Part shown: positions 41,731 through 56,044 of the stretch, in pieces
Layout of the letters: each line of letters starts with the position of its first letter
Position numbering within the stretch: position 1 is the first letter of the stretch
Assembly (NCBI RefSeq): GCF_964204645.1
Contig: NC_134028.1
Location: 26,842,345 to 26,906,344 of the forward strand
DNA: 64,000 nucleotides
Reading direction: 5' to 3'
Source: Tubulanus polymorphus
Taxonomy: Eukaryota > Animalia > Nemertea
Translations under genes and position numbers: made by a program
The notes under the pieces: generated by a model
Told to the model about the DNA's origin: nothing
What the model saw: the letters and a program-made list of their open reading frames with translations, nothing else
The model's database searches: none

Positions 41731-43310
41731 GCTCCGTAATTTAAACCCAGGCCGACCCTCCTCCGGAGTAGCGCAAATATAGAATAGAAATCGATCGTGC
41801 TGAGTGGCGCTCAGTGAGTTGGTGAGAAAAAGAGGTTTCGGAAGTGATAATGAGCTCAGTGGGTCGAGGAAGACTTCTTCGCTTTATGAATAGATTCGCC
41901 CTTTTCTCAATCGATCGCGGGAAATGAAAGTCGTCGTCAGTTTCAATATGTTTTCCATCAATTCGCGACGTTGATTTGTTTTGTAAATTGATCGAAGCAG
42001 TTGGAATCAAAGCGGCAACGGTTATTATATCTTCAATCAGTTCTTTTCCCGGTGCTAATTTACTATCGGGTATTAGCTCGTGGTATAAACATCTCGAACG
42101 CGATCGCGCATTATTGAATTTAAACAGTTTTCTGTCAAAGTTCGTTAACATCATTTTCTATGCAACGGCGACGAGTATTGAGTAACACATTACTATTGCT
42201 TAGACATTGATATAGCGCCGACCAGACTGATGGAATCGTCGCTCGTCAATTTGCTCAGATCTATAATCTGAGCCATCTTTTTTTTAAGAGCCAAACCATC
42301 CGGGAAATTCTCGCGCAAAGGTCATTGTATACCAATCGCGTGAAACAAATGAGTGAGAGGTGAGTGGCATACGGCAAACTGCCGCGTCTGTCTAAATTCA
42401 ATTTATCGTCACCAATTTCTGGTCGCCGATCTCGCGTAAAAGACGATCAATGTCAAGGTCAGCGAGCCGCGAGGGAAAGATAAGGAATTGAAGAAAAAGT
42501 GAAGTAGGAGGCAACGACGAAGCAAATGAAGTTAACTGTGAAACCTCGTGAATATTGATACTTGTTGTATACGTGTACAGGTGATTTGTATATACAGTTA
42601 TTAGTGACTATTTCCCTCTATTCACGGCAATAACACTCAAAATAAACTAGATTTAATTAGTATACTATAATAATGCATTTTCATATCGTGTTTGACGACG
42701 CTCAATTACGAATCACGACGTGGTTCCAACTGTTTCCAACCGTTTCAAGTCAAATATTTTAAAATGGTGCAATCAATGGCGTTTGGCGCGTATGTTATGT
42801 GTTCAGAGTCTTACATTAAACGTTTGTCTTAGCAAATCTGATCCTATAGTCTCGAGACCAGCCTAAAGTTTATTCCGTTTTTATAGCCAATCTAACAACT
42901 CAAGACCTGTAATGATTATTCTTGTTGCTGCCAATCTAACTAATCCAACAACGTTAGACCCAGTCTTAGCTCATTTTGGTTCTACACAAAATCGTCTAGC
43001 TTTTATATAACCATCCTTACACAGTTCAATTGATAATTTAAAACTGGAAACCAGTCACGAGCTCATTTAAGCATATGGTTCTAATGTATACGTCTAGTGC
43101 CGCAGTTAATCAGGACATTGAACTTATCAACGGGTCTAGAAACTGATTTAGTATATAACTCAATCAATGGACGATTTACTTCCCGAATATCGATACAAAT
43201 TAAAAGTTGCTCCCATTCGGTCGCCGTGTTCTATAGTAAAATGCTCTAACATCGCTTACTGAATAAGATTCGCGTGTTTTCAACTGCGGTGTCAAAAGAT
43301 AATAAAGATC

Positions 43311-43423
43311 GAAGAGAAAGAAAGAGAGAGAGAAGGAGAGAGAGTGATAGAGAGAGAGAGAGAGAGAGAGAAGGAGAGAGAGTGATAGAGATAGATAGAG
43401 AGAAGGAGAGAGATAGAGAGAGA
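43311..43423. repeat. (GA)n-rich tract
   Basis: Direct reading. Confidence 0.95.
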
Positions 43424-44429
43424 TATCTGAGGAGCGAGCAAGTCGTCTGTGCTGACATTTACCTTGAGGAATCCATTAACCACGTTTTCAGCAGCAGGAT
43501 ATCAATAACTCAACACGAACCTCGCTTTGACAATACAGCGATTATAACGGCGTACGCGAATAGGCAAGCGAAATAAAAATCAAAAACTAATGTTACGTAG
43601 CACTGGCTGCCGAGACCAGGTTAAATACTTTATTTACGCGCTCCTGATCATAGATAAAAAGGAAATGCGATAAAATTTTCAACCATTTCCATTGACAGTT
43701 TTAGATTTCTACGCCTTCTGGTGAAAATGGTTTCATCTCCGATGTTTAAAGTCAAATTCTAACTCAGGTGAACAGGGGTCCGTGCAATCGATAAAACAAC
43801 AAATGCCTACAACATTACTGAGATATCACCCCTGACCCCTAAACCCTCACCCTGCAGGAGAGTGGTGAAATTACGCAATGCATTACAGCTTTTCTGTTCT
43901 TGATATATACGAGTATAAATATGCTTGTTCTTGACATTTAGGCCACTTGTTCGATGAATGAAATTGATATCAAGAGAATTGATTGGCTTTTAACTGAAGA
44001 TCGGACGCATGTAATTCTACATCGCTGTCCTTCTAATGTAATACACTGGAGACAGAAACTACTGCAGAGTGACGGTTTTAATTCATCAACTCTTACTTTG
44101 TGACCGATCTGATGACACAGAGATTCGTTGTACTATTGACACTGGTCTGGATATCGAGGAGTGGATTGTGTAAGCAGAGATGAATTAACAACAGATAACA
44201 AAAAACCTAAGTATGGATATGGTATTGGCTCGGTGGTCTCGGGTCCCGAATTATTTTCTGTAGCTGCTCACTCACTACGGCCGTGCTGAAGGCACTGTGA
44301 CCAGTGCGAGCGATTACCATACTTTAAATCACCACGACAAGAATTCATTACTCTTAATCTAAAGCCAGATCCATCCGCCTCCGTGACGAGAAATATATCA
44401 CTGTTACACTATGACGGTCTTCGTCAAGA

Positions 44430-44706
44430 GGAGTGGTATTGGCGAGTGGTTAGAGCGTTCAACTCTGACAAGCCAGGTCGTGGATTCGAACCCTGTGCCT
44501 TACCGATATAGCGTCCCCGGGCACGACACTTATCCTCATCCAGGAGTAAATAGGTGCCTGGTCTGATCGATGATGCCATAGCGCTTAGCAGCTGCTCGGC
44601 TGTTACCTCTCCCCAGGGAGAGATGACTGATACCTGGTTAGAATAGACTGAGGGTGATAATATTTGAACATTGTAGCTCAGTGGAAATGGTGCCACTATT
44701 ACTATA
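44430..44706 (+). mobile_element. tRNA-derived SINE, near full length (~280 bp)
   Basis: A box TGGCGAGTGG (44440-44449) and B box GGATTCGAACCC (44482-44493). The body TCCCCGGGCACGACACTTATCCTCATCCAGGAGTAAATAGGTGCCTGG resembles conserved central SINE domains. Short (CTA/TTA) tail. Confidence 0.8.
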
Positions 44707-46126
44707 TCCATCGTGTCGTGATACACAACGCCCGAAGTTAGGAATATACATGTACTGATATTGTGATGTGCCAAACGGGTTTGGTCTCAACATCCAATTG
44801 ATACATTCATGACCATCAGACCAGGTCTAGTACGCCACGCCTAGGATAAATGCAGTGCATGTGTCAAGTAGTAAACTCAGATATTATGTTGTGACGTCAT
44901 GCACCAGTAATCTGCGTTCGAACAATCTAACGAATCATTATAACCTACATTAAAGTAGGATCTCCCAAAATCGACAAATCTTTGACGCCGATCATCCGTG
45001 AATTTCAAATGAAAAACCCACAGAATCATTCAGTGGAAATCACTTATTTCTAATGCAATATCTTAATATAAGGATGAACTCAATTCGCACGTTGCTTACA
45101 TTGCGGTTGTGACGACGACGGTACAATCTGCAGCTCTGTGCTGGAGAGTTTTAAAAACATCATCTAAGTTTATTCGTATCATGTTTAAGGTGGTGATGAT
45201 GATCATCAGTGATATTAAATGGTTGAACCAGTCGGAGTAGATGGACCCGTGTTGTACGCGACTCCATCAGAGCGCTCGAATTCACTGGCGCAAAATGCAC
45301 GACAAATCGATGTAGTGTTTAATGTAAACACTATCGGTAGTAACGCGATATTCGAATGTAAATTGTAAAGTAACTCGAATATGGTCGAGTCAATTTAACA
45401 TTTGAGTAAACGGGATTCATCATCAGAGTTTAAAATCGGTAATTTTAACGGCGTACACAGGGCTTCCATCTGACTATAACCCAACTCCGAAAAAAACGTC
45501 CAAGTCCCTCTTTTTTGAGCGGTTCACGACACGCCATCCCGTTAACCACAATTAAAGGCGCAATCATTGGTAAATATAAAGTACTTTTTACCAATTTCAA
45601 ATTTATCTTAAGTTGGCTTTTGCTCTTTACCTATACGCTCCATTTTTCTCAAGACGAACCGCCCAAGATGTTCGGTCAAGGCGCTGCTGAATACCTGCGA
45701 TACCTTACACAACCGAGACAAATACTGCGAAGACCGTAAAGACGACGCCAGGGAAAATTAACGTCATTTTCTCCGTCCTCTTATAAGCTTCTTCCGTAAA
45801 TCCGGTATCAGCGTTTTACCGTCGATTAGCGAACGGTTGGTACAATTGGTAAAAGGTTATTCTAAGGACAATGAAACATGAGTTCCGTATGTTACTACTG
45901 TATTATTATATGCACGAGAAATAAAAAATAAAAACCAACACATGCGACCAATTCACTTTATCGACAACAGATGATGACGGCTTAAAATCGTGCGACACGT
46001 AAAGAACGATACAAAAATATACTTTGTGTTTATTCACAGCCAATTAAGATGAGCCTATAATAAATCATACACAGTTTATATCTGAACTCTTAACGTATCA
46101 ATGTGAAGCCTTCAACCTTACACTCG

Positions 46127-46310
46127 GACATTCACCAGTGTATAGTGTGAATGATCTATAGTGTGAATGATCAGTTTCTGAGAGCGTGCTCATAGAATAT
46201 CGGATGCTCGGTGTTTGTAGTCCATTTTCAAATAAAATGTTCAGTTCTGGACACACGGGGAGAGTGCGAATATTAGAAGGTGAAGATGATAGAGAATAGC
46301 ATGTCTGAGG
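46127..46310. repeat. Old dispersed repeat (family E), copy 2
   Basis: Colinear with 31386-31720. Confidence 0.65.
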
Positions 46311-48311
46311 GAATCCCGGCAGTAACTATCTGACGGGAGTAGTCCAGACAGGTCGAGAGTGTGCAGGTTACAGGTCAATATCCGATATTGATGTAAATGT
46401 GTAGATTGTTATTGTATCCCTGCCTAAAACCAACAAAAACCTATTTGTAACATGCACAGCACAACAAAGCACACACGGTCAATTCAGAAAAAAGAAAGAC
46501 GTCCATTTTCAATTGAGCGCCGTCTTGTGAAGGAGAGTGGTATTTATAGCACCATAATTGTAGGTGTATTTTATGGCGAGACTCGTAAAAATTCCTGAGG
46601 ATACTGCTGTAGATCATGTTAGTACTTATTGAGCACCAGGCTACAGTGTTCATGATTAATGATGCTAATAATTCAGTATTGTGAAGACATGTGAAAAGAT
46701 GCCGTGGTAATTCCAGACCACATTTCCGTCGTATAAAGGCTTATCACGACGTCTATAGCTCCGGGCTTTTATGAAACCAGTTCCGTGCGGATTCGTGCCA
46801 CATCATTTTGTATACAAAAGGTTTTAGAAATGTTAGCCCGAGCAAAGGTGCGCGGGGGACCCATCCAGAGACGTCTGATATATGTGCGTGTGTGGTTCGT
46901 ATTGAGATAAGGAAATGACGTATCTGAAAATTGCGTCGTGCTTATGAAAAAAAGGAAGAAATCTTCTTAAATAATCATTCGAAGTTAAGTGGAAGAAGAA
47001 CTCAACAGCAGCGTTCGTGTAAGAACTGAGTTATTTGACATGTACCGCAGATACACGCGACAAGACAAGACCCACGATAACAATCGTCTCGTTACTTCAA
47101 TTCAACACACAGTATACGTATTTAATTAGAAAGACTAACACAATTATCTAAGAACATTCAGTGATTCAGTACCGATCGATAAATATAGCGCGACCTTTAG
47201 TACAGTATAGAGCTTACGTAATCATGGATAGATTTATACATCGAAGACAACTTAAAACTAACCGACCCCGAACTACGACCGACTTATAAATACGTAAATG
47301 AGGATATGAAGTTTCTCGTGCGACGGTCAGCGTGATTCTGGGAGCTTTCACATCATCAAAACTCGTTTGTAGATGCGCGACACAAACCTAGGATATTAAA
47401 TGATGAAATATTTATACGTGTAACGTATAAGAGTCTGATTCCGTGCGTCTCACGAGTGTTCATGAATGTGTTATTTTATCGTCGCCTTCGTCCGTCTCTC
47501 TTTATGGCTACACGCGTACGTTGCTTTACGCATATTTTCCGCGCACTTTCCAGTTGGGATACGATTTTTCTATACGCGCATATCATCATCCTAGTATATG
47601 ACACGTGTCAACCCCTGGGAAAGTTAGGAATAAAAATATCCACCATTTCATTCGATGTAATGATAACAATTTGGTGATGTGCCTTAAAAACTCCAACAGA
47701 AATCGGAAGATAGATATTTTCAAACAAGTTAATAACCATTATATTACATAGAAGCCAATGATAATACTTGTGGAAGTTGATTAGTGTTTACCTCTTTCCA
47801 ATGTTCAATTATCCTAAGGGCGCAATTATCCTAAGGGCGTTGTCTGTTATCAAATGTAAGACGGTTAACAATTATCATTGCGTATTAGTTCATTTTGTCA
47901 TTAGTTGGAGAGAGAATCTTCACTAGGTTATAATGTTACCGCTTATACTACGATATTTGATGATGGGTTTGCGGTAACAATATCCGGGAGTTACGTAGGT
48001 CTAAACAGTTGACAGTTCCTTCAGAAATAGAGACGGCTGCTATCTACAAGATTCTCATTTCGCATAATGATTGTTGGTGTCCTGTTTATCACGAGGGTAT
48101 GGTATCTATTTAAGTCTCAATATAGAGGAAATAAAGTGATTCAAACTATGAGATTATCTGAATACAGTAAAAACGTTCGATTCTAGAATTAAGATAAGTG
48201 AATCAGAGATTGAATTGGACCCGTGGGCGATTTCCGACCAAATTAACAACAGAGAAGGCGCCGAAAATAAGATATCCTGTCTATGCATTTTCTATTCTAC
48301 ACGGTCTCCAG

Positions 48312-48419
48312 AACACAGTTCCACAGTCATGAGTTAGAGTTAACTCTGAGTTAAAGTTAGTTCATTTTCAATGAGTTAACTCAGAGTCAAATCTTAACTC
48401 AGAACTGTGGAACTGGACC
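48312..48419. mobile_element. Hairpin MITE family A (~108 bp), best copy
   Basis: Arms of ~39 bp (CAGTTCCACAGT...CTCTGAGTTAA / TTAACTCAGAG...ACTGTGGAACTG) surround the loop TAGTTCATTTTCAATG. CAG direct repeats at 48309-48311 and 48420-48422 are a possible 3-bp TSD. Confidence 0.88.
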
Positions 48420-49137
48420 CAGGGCTAAACGTTATTGAGAATAAAGTTAAATCTCTTGAGACGAACGGCACAAAACGCTTGCGAAAAATTTCCCGATCTT
48501 TTAAAAAGGCACACGTTCTATCGCCATAGCGATTATATACTATACTGATATACACGACGCTTTCGGCACTGTGGATTAGGATAATCCCATCTTAAAACTA
48601 TTACGAGGATTATATATTCTATTTATTAGTAAAACACCTGTATCGATGAGACATTTTTTGTATCGGTGTTCGAAGGTTAAAAACTCGGTTACAGCTTCCC
48701 ACGCGCTTCGCCAACACAACCGACAACCTGTAAGTGATTGATTTACCTTGTTGTGTAGCGAGAAAAAATACCGATCGAACGAAAGTTGTTTAACGAACAG
48801 ATCAGGACCCGGCTGGTTCCGGCTTGCCATAAATTACTGATCACCTGATCGCCGTAGATATCGTGAGAAAAGTGAAACGGTAAGCGGCAGGAATGCGTTT
48901 TACACCATCTCGAAAAGTCAGCGACGACTTGATAAATCGCATTCTATGGCGGCTATTCTATTCGGGTCTTACTAAAGTATTTTTCTATACGATTAGAGGC
49001 ACGATAAACAATATAAAACGATTTTCTATCGTGCCTCTAGCCACTCGAATCATAGAACCATCAGTCTCAAACAGGTTGCCGCGTTTATTGAGGAATTATT
49101 CAATTGCACTTTCAGAAACGAGATTGATCGAATGTTG

Positions 49138-49244
<107 letters not shown>

Positions 49245-49444
49245 AACCATGAAGATGAAGATCGCGTTACGATGACCAACCATCCTACGACGCAAAGTAG
49301 CTGTGTGCATTACATCCTAATCCGTGAAAATCCCCGTGGAAACTTAGACAGAGCAGTTTAAGCCATTACTGCAAGTAGATTTTACTGTATTCAATGCCAT
49401 CAAATCAAGTAATAGACGCTTCTATTAAATAGAGAATCGTGGAG

Positions 49445-50330
49445 TCTCTCCCTTTCTCTCTCTCTCCCTCACTCTCTCTCTCTCTCTCTCTCTCACTCTC
49501 ACTCTCTCTCCCTTTCTCTCTCTCTCCCTCACTCTCTCTCTCTCTCTCTCTCACTCTCACTCTCTCTCTCACTCTCACTCTCTCTCTCTCACTCTCACTC
49601 TCTCTCACTCTCTCTCTCTCTCTCACTCTCACTCTCACTCTCTCCCTCACTCTCACTCTCTCTCTCACTCTCCCTCTCACTCTCTCTCACTCTCTCCCTC
49701 ACTCTCTCTCTCACTATCTCCCTCACTCTCTCTCTCTCCCTCTCACTCTCTCCCTCACTCTCTCTCTCTCTCACTCTCTCCCTCACTCTCTCTCTCTCCC
49801 TCTCACTCTCTCTCACTATCTCCCTCACTCTCTCTCTCTCCCTCTCACTCTCTCTCACTATCTCCCTCACTCTCTCACTCTCTCTCACTATCTCCCTCAC
49901 TCTCTCTCTCTCTCTCTCTCCCTCACTCTCTCTCTCCCCCTCTCACTCTCTCTCACTATCTCCCTCTCACTCTCTCTCACTCTCTCCCTCACTCTCTCCC
50001 TCACTCTCACTCTCACTCTCACTTTCTCACCCTCACTCTCTCTCTCTCCCTCCCTCACTCTCATCCTCTCACTCTCACCCTCTCATTCTCTCACTCACCC
50101 TCTCACTCTCCCTCTTCATCTCACTTTCACTCTCTCACTCTCTTTCTCCCCCTCTCTCTCTCTCTCCCTCACTCTCTCACTCTCACTCTCCCCCTCACTC
50201 TCTCACTCTCACCCTCTCTCTCCCTCACTCTCACTCTCACCCTCTCTCTCTCCCTCACTCTCTCACTCTCACTCTCCCCTCACTCTCTCTCTCTCTCTCC
50301 CTCTCTTTCTCTCTTTCTCTCTCTCTTTCT
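49445..50330. repeat. ~890-bp CT/CTCA low-complexity tract with higher-order repeats
   Basis: Direct reading. The first ~60 bp is duplicated and CACTATCTCCCTCACTCTC blocks recur. Confidence 0.97.
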
Positions 50331-50698
50331 GTAATGGGCTTGAGACATTCTGATTTTATTGGTTCAATTTGTGAATTATTCACGTCAATTAAATCATTTT
50401 CTGATGGTTTTTCCATCACTGTTTGAATTAACGGCTTCACTGGAAATAGGAAAATTATCTGCGCATGATCCCCTCAATTAAAATATCTAGTTATTTACGA
50501 TGAGAATCTATTGAGCTGACGCTCTGTGTCTGCCTGGTTATTGAAAGCAGGGTCGATTTGAAGCAACCGTCAATCTGATTCCAGCGCAGGTCAATTTCAA
50601 CCCGATTTGGGTCAATTTATCCGCAATTGAATCGATTTTCAGTAAGCACAAGGCCGCGGTTAGATGGAATGATGTGCGAATCCAATTAGCTTTGCATC

Positions 50699-50935
50699 AA
50701 TGGGGTACCCGCAAATCCAGCTAACTCGCCAGATGGCGTGACGAGCAGTAGGCTTTTCGTCGTCAACATTAGTTCATTTTCGATGAACTCTGAACGAAAT
50801 TTTAGACTCCTGTATCAATATACTCAGCACAAGACTCACCAAATATACAATTCTTTTATTCTTCTTTCATTTCGGATCCTCGCCTGCCATACGTGGAATC
50901 CTCGATTGCCACAGTAGCACTGCGGGTACCCCATT
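50699..50935. mobile_element. Family C non-autonomous DNA element with 15-bp terminal inverted repeats
   Basis: AATGGGGTACCCGCA (50699-50713) and TGCGGGTACCCCATT (50921-50935) are exact reverse complements. The family C motif lies just inside the right TIR. Confidence 0.75.
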
Positions 50936-53900
50936 TGAACACAGCTTAGTGTCTTTTCGATCGGAATCTGAGTTGAGCCGTCATTAAATCCTGAATCGGT
51001 GTAGATAAAAAAACCCGTCGAGTCGGGCTGATGCGGTTTGTTTTAATACAAACAAAAGCGATTACACGAACAGTTACGTCACGGAACGATGGGCTCGTGA
51101 ATAAGCACTCACGTCCAGCTCGAGTGAGAGACTGCTGAAGTGTTTTGTCAACCGGTTCAATCGAATTCCCGTCGCAAAACATCAGAATTTTCCGCTAATG
51201 ATAAATTATTGTCTATTTGCACGAGCAGCTTTTCTAAAATTTGACGTATCCGGATAAAGCGATGTCTAATGGTTTATTTTAGCTTTTCCAATCAGTGATT
51301 TTATTACTTAAGGAAACGAGCTGTTTACACAACCAGTCATTTTTAGCCGGATAGAATAAATACGTCGAGCAGGCGCAGGTATTAATAATGCAACCATCCT
51401 CTCCGTCGCTGTTTCCGCGTCGTTCACGTCTCCAATATATCTTCAACTGTTAATGCAATTTTAGACTCGGGTATTAACATCGAAATACAAACATAAAAAA
51501 CCACTTTAAACTAATAAAGCCGTCATCAATTCTAACAATGAGTCTTAACACTGTTAAACTCGGTAAGGACTGATTTATCCAGCGGTAATAAAACGTCTCC
51601 TGATCACCTCCCCCTCCCCCTCCGCCCCCTCCCCGCCCGGCGCACTCGTCGCGTCACTGCCACTGATTTCAGTTTTCAAATACCGACACGACGTGACAGG
51701 TCGATCATAAAGAACATCGTCTGATCGTTGATTTAGTCCCTCCGTCACCTATTCTACTGTTGACACTTTTAGTTTTTGTCCATGAAATGTTTGTGAATAT
51801 AGATATCCATGAGACAACGTTTTAATCAATTGAAATTAATCGGAATATGATTGAAAAGTCATTCAATTTATCCATCAATTTTCAGATATCTTTTATTTGA
51901 AGGCGGGGGGGTGCAACAATCGGAAGTATGAACAACTGGTTGAGACGGTTTATCATTGACGGTGATTCTGTAAAAGTTCCTGACAACCTCATAACTTATC
52001 CAAAGCTTTGTGCCAATTTTCCAAAAAAGATAACATCAAATGAATTAATTATATATGCTAGATTGAAACTGTCTGGTCAAAACAACACTTATCATTATAT
52101 CATTCTATTTATGGGAACAAAGCAATAATTACGTTAGTGCACTCATTATCTATAGATGCAAAATGCCGGCACAATCCATCGAGTATGAAATATTATTAAT
52201 TCATTTACAGGCCCTCGACTAACACTGCCATTATTTATAATCACTTGCAGACCATTCTCTGATCATTTTATACATTATCTAATATATTGGCAATTATGTG
52301 ATTAGTTGAACGCTGTTAATAATAGACTAATAAATCCAGTCTCATTTTTGTGAAATATTCTTGCGCACTTTATGAACTACGGATGTTTTTTTTTGCTGTA
52401 TGATTCGAATAACGTTTTCCACCGAATCAAAGAATATTATAGGTCTTAATTGAAAGAAAATCCGAGTAAAAACCAACAGTTAACATGAAAGCGTTTGTTG
52501 TGTGACAGTATCGAACATCACAGAAACAGGAATATTCGAATAATCCAATTAAAGTGCTAATAATGCAGATGTTAAAATTCATTAATATATCATTTTGGTT
52601 TTTCAACAAACGCTTTAATATCAACTATGGGATTTTACTTACTGAGATCTGTAACAGCCTCTTTAACTCTAGTCTCTGAATCCCTTTAAAACGCAGCGAC
52701 CGAAATCCCTAAAAAATTTAACTTCCGCTTATTTTTTGAGGTCCCAAGCTTTACATGCGCTTTCATTGGGATTCGAACCTAAACGAAAGCTGCCATATAT
52801 GCTTGGAATATGCATCTGAGGCACCTGACTTTTCCGGGGGTTGCACGCCCAAACTCCCGGATTTAGGAACGGCTCGCTCCTACAGCGCTCGTGTTCGAGT
52901 TCTTGCCAATTTTGACCTGCCCAGGCCTTGATGTTCCCGACCCACAGTATTTATTATTTTTTTATCGTGACAAATCGATACCGCGCCTACGAGTAAACAA
53001 TAAATAGAATTAACCGAGTGAACAATTAAACAATAACCATCCATTAAGCGCTTTATAACGCTGTGACCTTCTCAAGACATTTCCTTTTAAAAATAGAAAG
53101 TAGAGCAGATTTGGACGCTTTCACAATGGAACATCTAGAACAAATGGTTTTCCACTGACAGAAACACTGAGCTACTTTGAAACCCAGATAAAAATGTCAA
53201 GAGATGTTAATTCTATAGATGAGAAAGCCGCGAGCGAAATGTCATTATTTGCATTAAGTGGTGCGAGTAAAAATGCTTGACAAAGAAAAAACTGCAGTTG
53301 GATGATGCATTCGATTGGAAAGTGACTTGAAGTCGAATTCTCTATCTGGCATTTTAGGCTTTCGGCAGATTAGACATTTCTCAGTGATATCTTGAACTTT
53401 AAACACATGAGTGAATATTTATGCTCAATTGCCCTACAGGTTGCTCCGCGCGGTTTTTCCAGGCGGTACCAATGTTTAAATTTCACTGAGATAAATATTT
53501 GGCGAGTTAATCAGTAGATACGAGATTATTGAAAATATACATAGACACGAAATTAGGTTCGGATAGACCGCGAGGTGTTTTTGATCATTCCAGCTATTCG
53601 ATCTGTGACAGTCTTTCAGCGGGTATCAATTTTCATTCCGATTTCGCATAAAACGAAAACTCGTATAATGAAATGATAATGAAATCGACGTAAATAAAGA
53701 GACATGTTCGGTTATGCGCAAGTTAACTTTTGCAATTGAAATTCAGATACCAAAAACAATTCATTAAACGACAAAGGATGTCGGTGACAGCTTGCTGTTA
53801 ATCATTCATTCAAAATTGTAAGACGCGAAAAAAATAACTAAATGATAATTCTATTCCCTGCATAAGTTACGGATTGCGACAGATTCCATTTGGTTTTCCT

Positions 53901-54588
53901 CGTTTTAGTGAACCGATAACCTCACCTATACCGCAATCATAGGATACATATTTATTGCGGCGCGTCCCCCCGAGACCGGACAAACCGAATACACGTATAA
54001 ACTCATTATTCATATATTCCGAAAATACAGACAAAAAGTAGAATTTCATTTCAGGTTTGTCTTCTTTACAAACACACTACAGACATAGCGCGATTAATAT
54101 TCGAATCTGAGCCGGTCGTCGTCTCGGTCGAGTTCCCTCGGTCGAGTGCTTACTGCTGTTTTTTATGAAGTATATGTAAGTCTGGGTGCAACATATGTTA
54201 CGGATTAAATGATATCTAGTTCGTTAATTCGATCGCTATTAGCCGTAAAATATTTCCAGATCGATATTTACTGAGGAAAGAAACCATGTTATATGATGTC
54301 ATGTCTAGCTGGCTATACGTGTGTCTATAGATAAACCCGGACGCAGCGAATGAACGATTTGTAATCACATAAAACGCGTCTAATGTATAAGATCGCTGAT
54401 GATAATTCTAACATCTCTCCAGTAAACCACGTATAAAACTGTATACGATAAGTATCTAAGTACACGTGGCTCCAATTCGACCCACCATCAACTTCCATTT
54501 CGAAACGATTTTAATTCTTTAAAATCAAATTCATACTAAAATCAAACAATGCTCGTGTTTTGCCTATTCCTGTAGCTATCAATCGTCG

Positions 54589-54677
54589 AGCCCGACGTAT
54601 ACACGACTCAGGGAAACACTCGGAAACATGTTTCTTTAACCTGTTTCTGTGTTTCCTTGCATCGCGTACGTTGGGTT
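54589..54677. mobile_element. Foldback MITE family B, copy 3 (internally deleted)
   Basis: AGCCCGACGTATACACGACTCAGGGAAACAC...GGAAACATGTTTCT...GTGTTTCCTTGCATCGCGTACGTTGGGTT|tta. Confidence 0.7.
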
Positions 54678-54936
54678 TTACACATGTTTTATCCTGCGAG
54701 GATTAAACCCACTCTCTTCATAATAATGGTCAACGCCCTATTGACGGACACACACATATACCCTTTAGCTCTGGGAGAAAAGAACGATGACGTCACAGGT
54801 ACGGCCTCGATAGGCGTTCCTAAAATAAGTATTCGGACTGCAATTTGTTCTAGAGTCGATGAGTTAACCATGGACTGTAGTAGGCGATATACGTAGTTCA
54901 TAATGTAACTAAATCACAAATTGCTTCCGATAAACG

Positions 54937-54996
54937 AACAATGAATTAACCGACAAACAGAAACATAACAATGAATTAACCGACAAACAGAAACAT
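54937..54996. repeat. Perfect 30-bp tandem duplication
   Basis: AACAATGAATTAACCGACAAACAGAAACAT x2. Confidence 0.95.
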
Positions 54997-56044
54997 CTGC
55001 GAAAATCATCAAAATCGAAAAATAAGTGCTCTTCGACAATTTATAGATTTTCCACTTCAAATGCAGTTCTATAAGCGAATAACGTTGGTAATTCATGATT
55101 TGGATTTAATCTAACGCAGTTTAGAAAGGCGACATATATTTCATAACGTATCATATACTGTATATCGAACGTGTTGAGTATGGACGATGATATTAAACCC
55201 ATTGAAACTTTCGAATATAATTTAACCCTTAAAACAATGAATACATACGACAGCGAGCAAACTGAACACACGTATATACGGTACATAATGAAGCATTTAT
55301 ACTTACGCTTATCACGCAATATATTTCATCATCTTTTTTTTACATTTTCAATAGTTTCTTTATGAAATATTGTTTATGTTTGTTTGTTTGTTTTTAAACT
55401 CGTACGAACTTTGGAATTGTTAGTTTGTAATATATGTACAGCCGTTAGCCGTGTATGCGAGTGTGTTAACTACTGTACAAACTGTGGTTCCTCCGTTCAA
55501 TGTTTCTCTTCCGCGATATTTCGCTCAATATTCACTATATCACGACTTTTCGAAACGTTCTCCGATTAACGAATTGGGGGAAAGCATTTTTAAATCCCAA
55601 ATATTTCAACGTCATACGTCAGACGTCATCAGACAATATTCCGAAATAAAGCGGTGTTTTTTCCGTACCATTCTGCGTACAAAACATCTACCGCCGAAGT
55701 TCGTTTGAGGAATCGATGATTTCCTATCGAAGCAAAGTCTTCATCGTCATCATCATCGAATGAATGTACTTATACAACGGGTTCAACCTGTCTTGTTCAT
55801 ATATTTATATATATTATATATATGTATATTATATATACATTATTTACAAGTCGGATTCTACAAGTGGCATCACCCAAACACAATCAGCTTCAACTCAGCA
55901 TTCAATCGCTGTCTCTATCCATACATATCATTATTCGGCCCATCGGGACAGAGCCGATTTATAATGCACTTAGCGGTCAGTTTCTGAGGTACATTTTATG
56001 AGATAAAATCTGCATATTGTAATATTTCTTACACTCATTTACCA

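Noticed and set aside
41741-42154. 137-aa ORF
   Set aside because: No recognisable domain or motif; the length is compatible with chance
44430-44502. Functional tRNA gene
   Set aside because: A and B boxes are present, but there is no acceptor stem or poly-T terminator and it continues into a SINE body
49405-50353. 304-aa Leu/Ser/Thr ORF and antisense ORFs
   Set aside because: Translation of a low-complexity CT/CA tract
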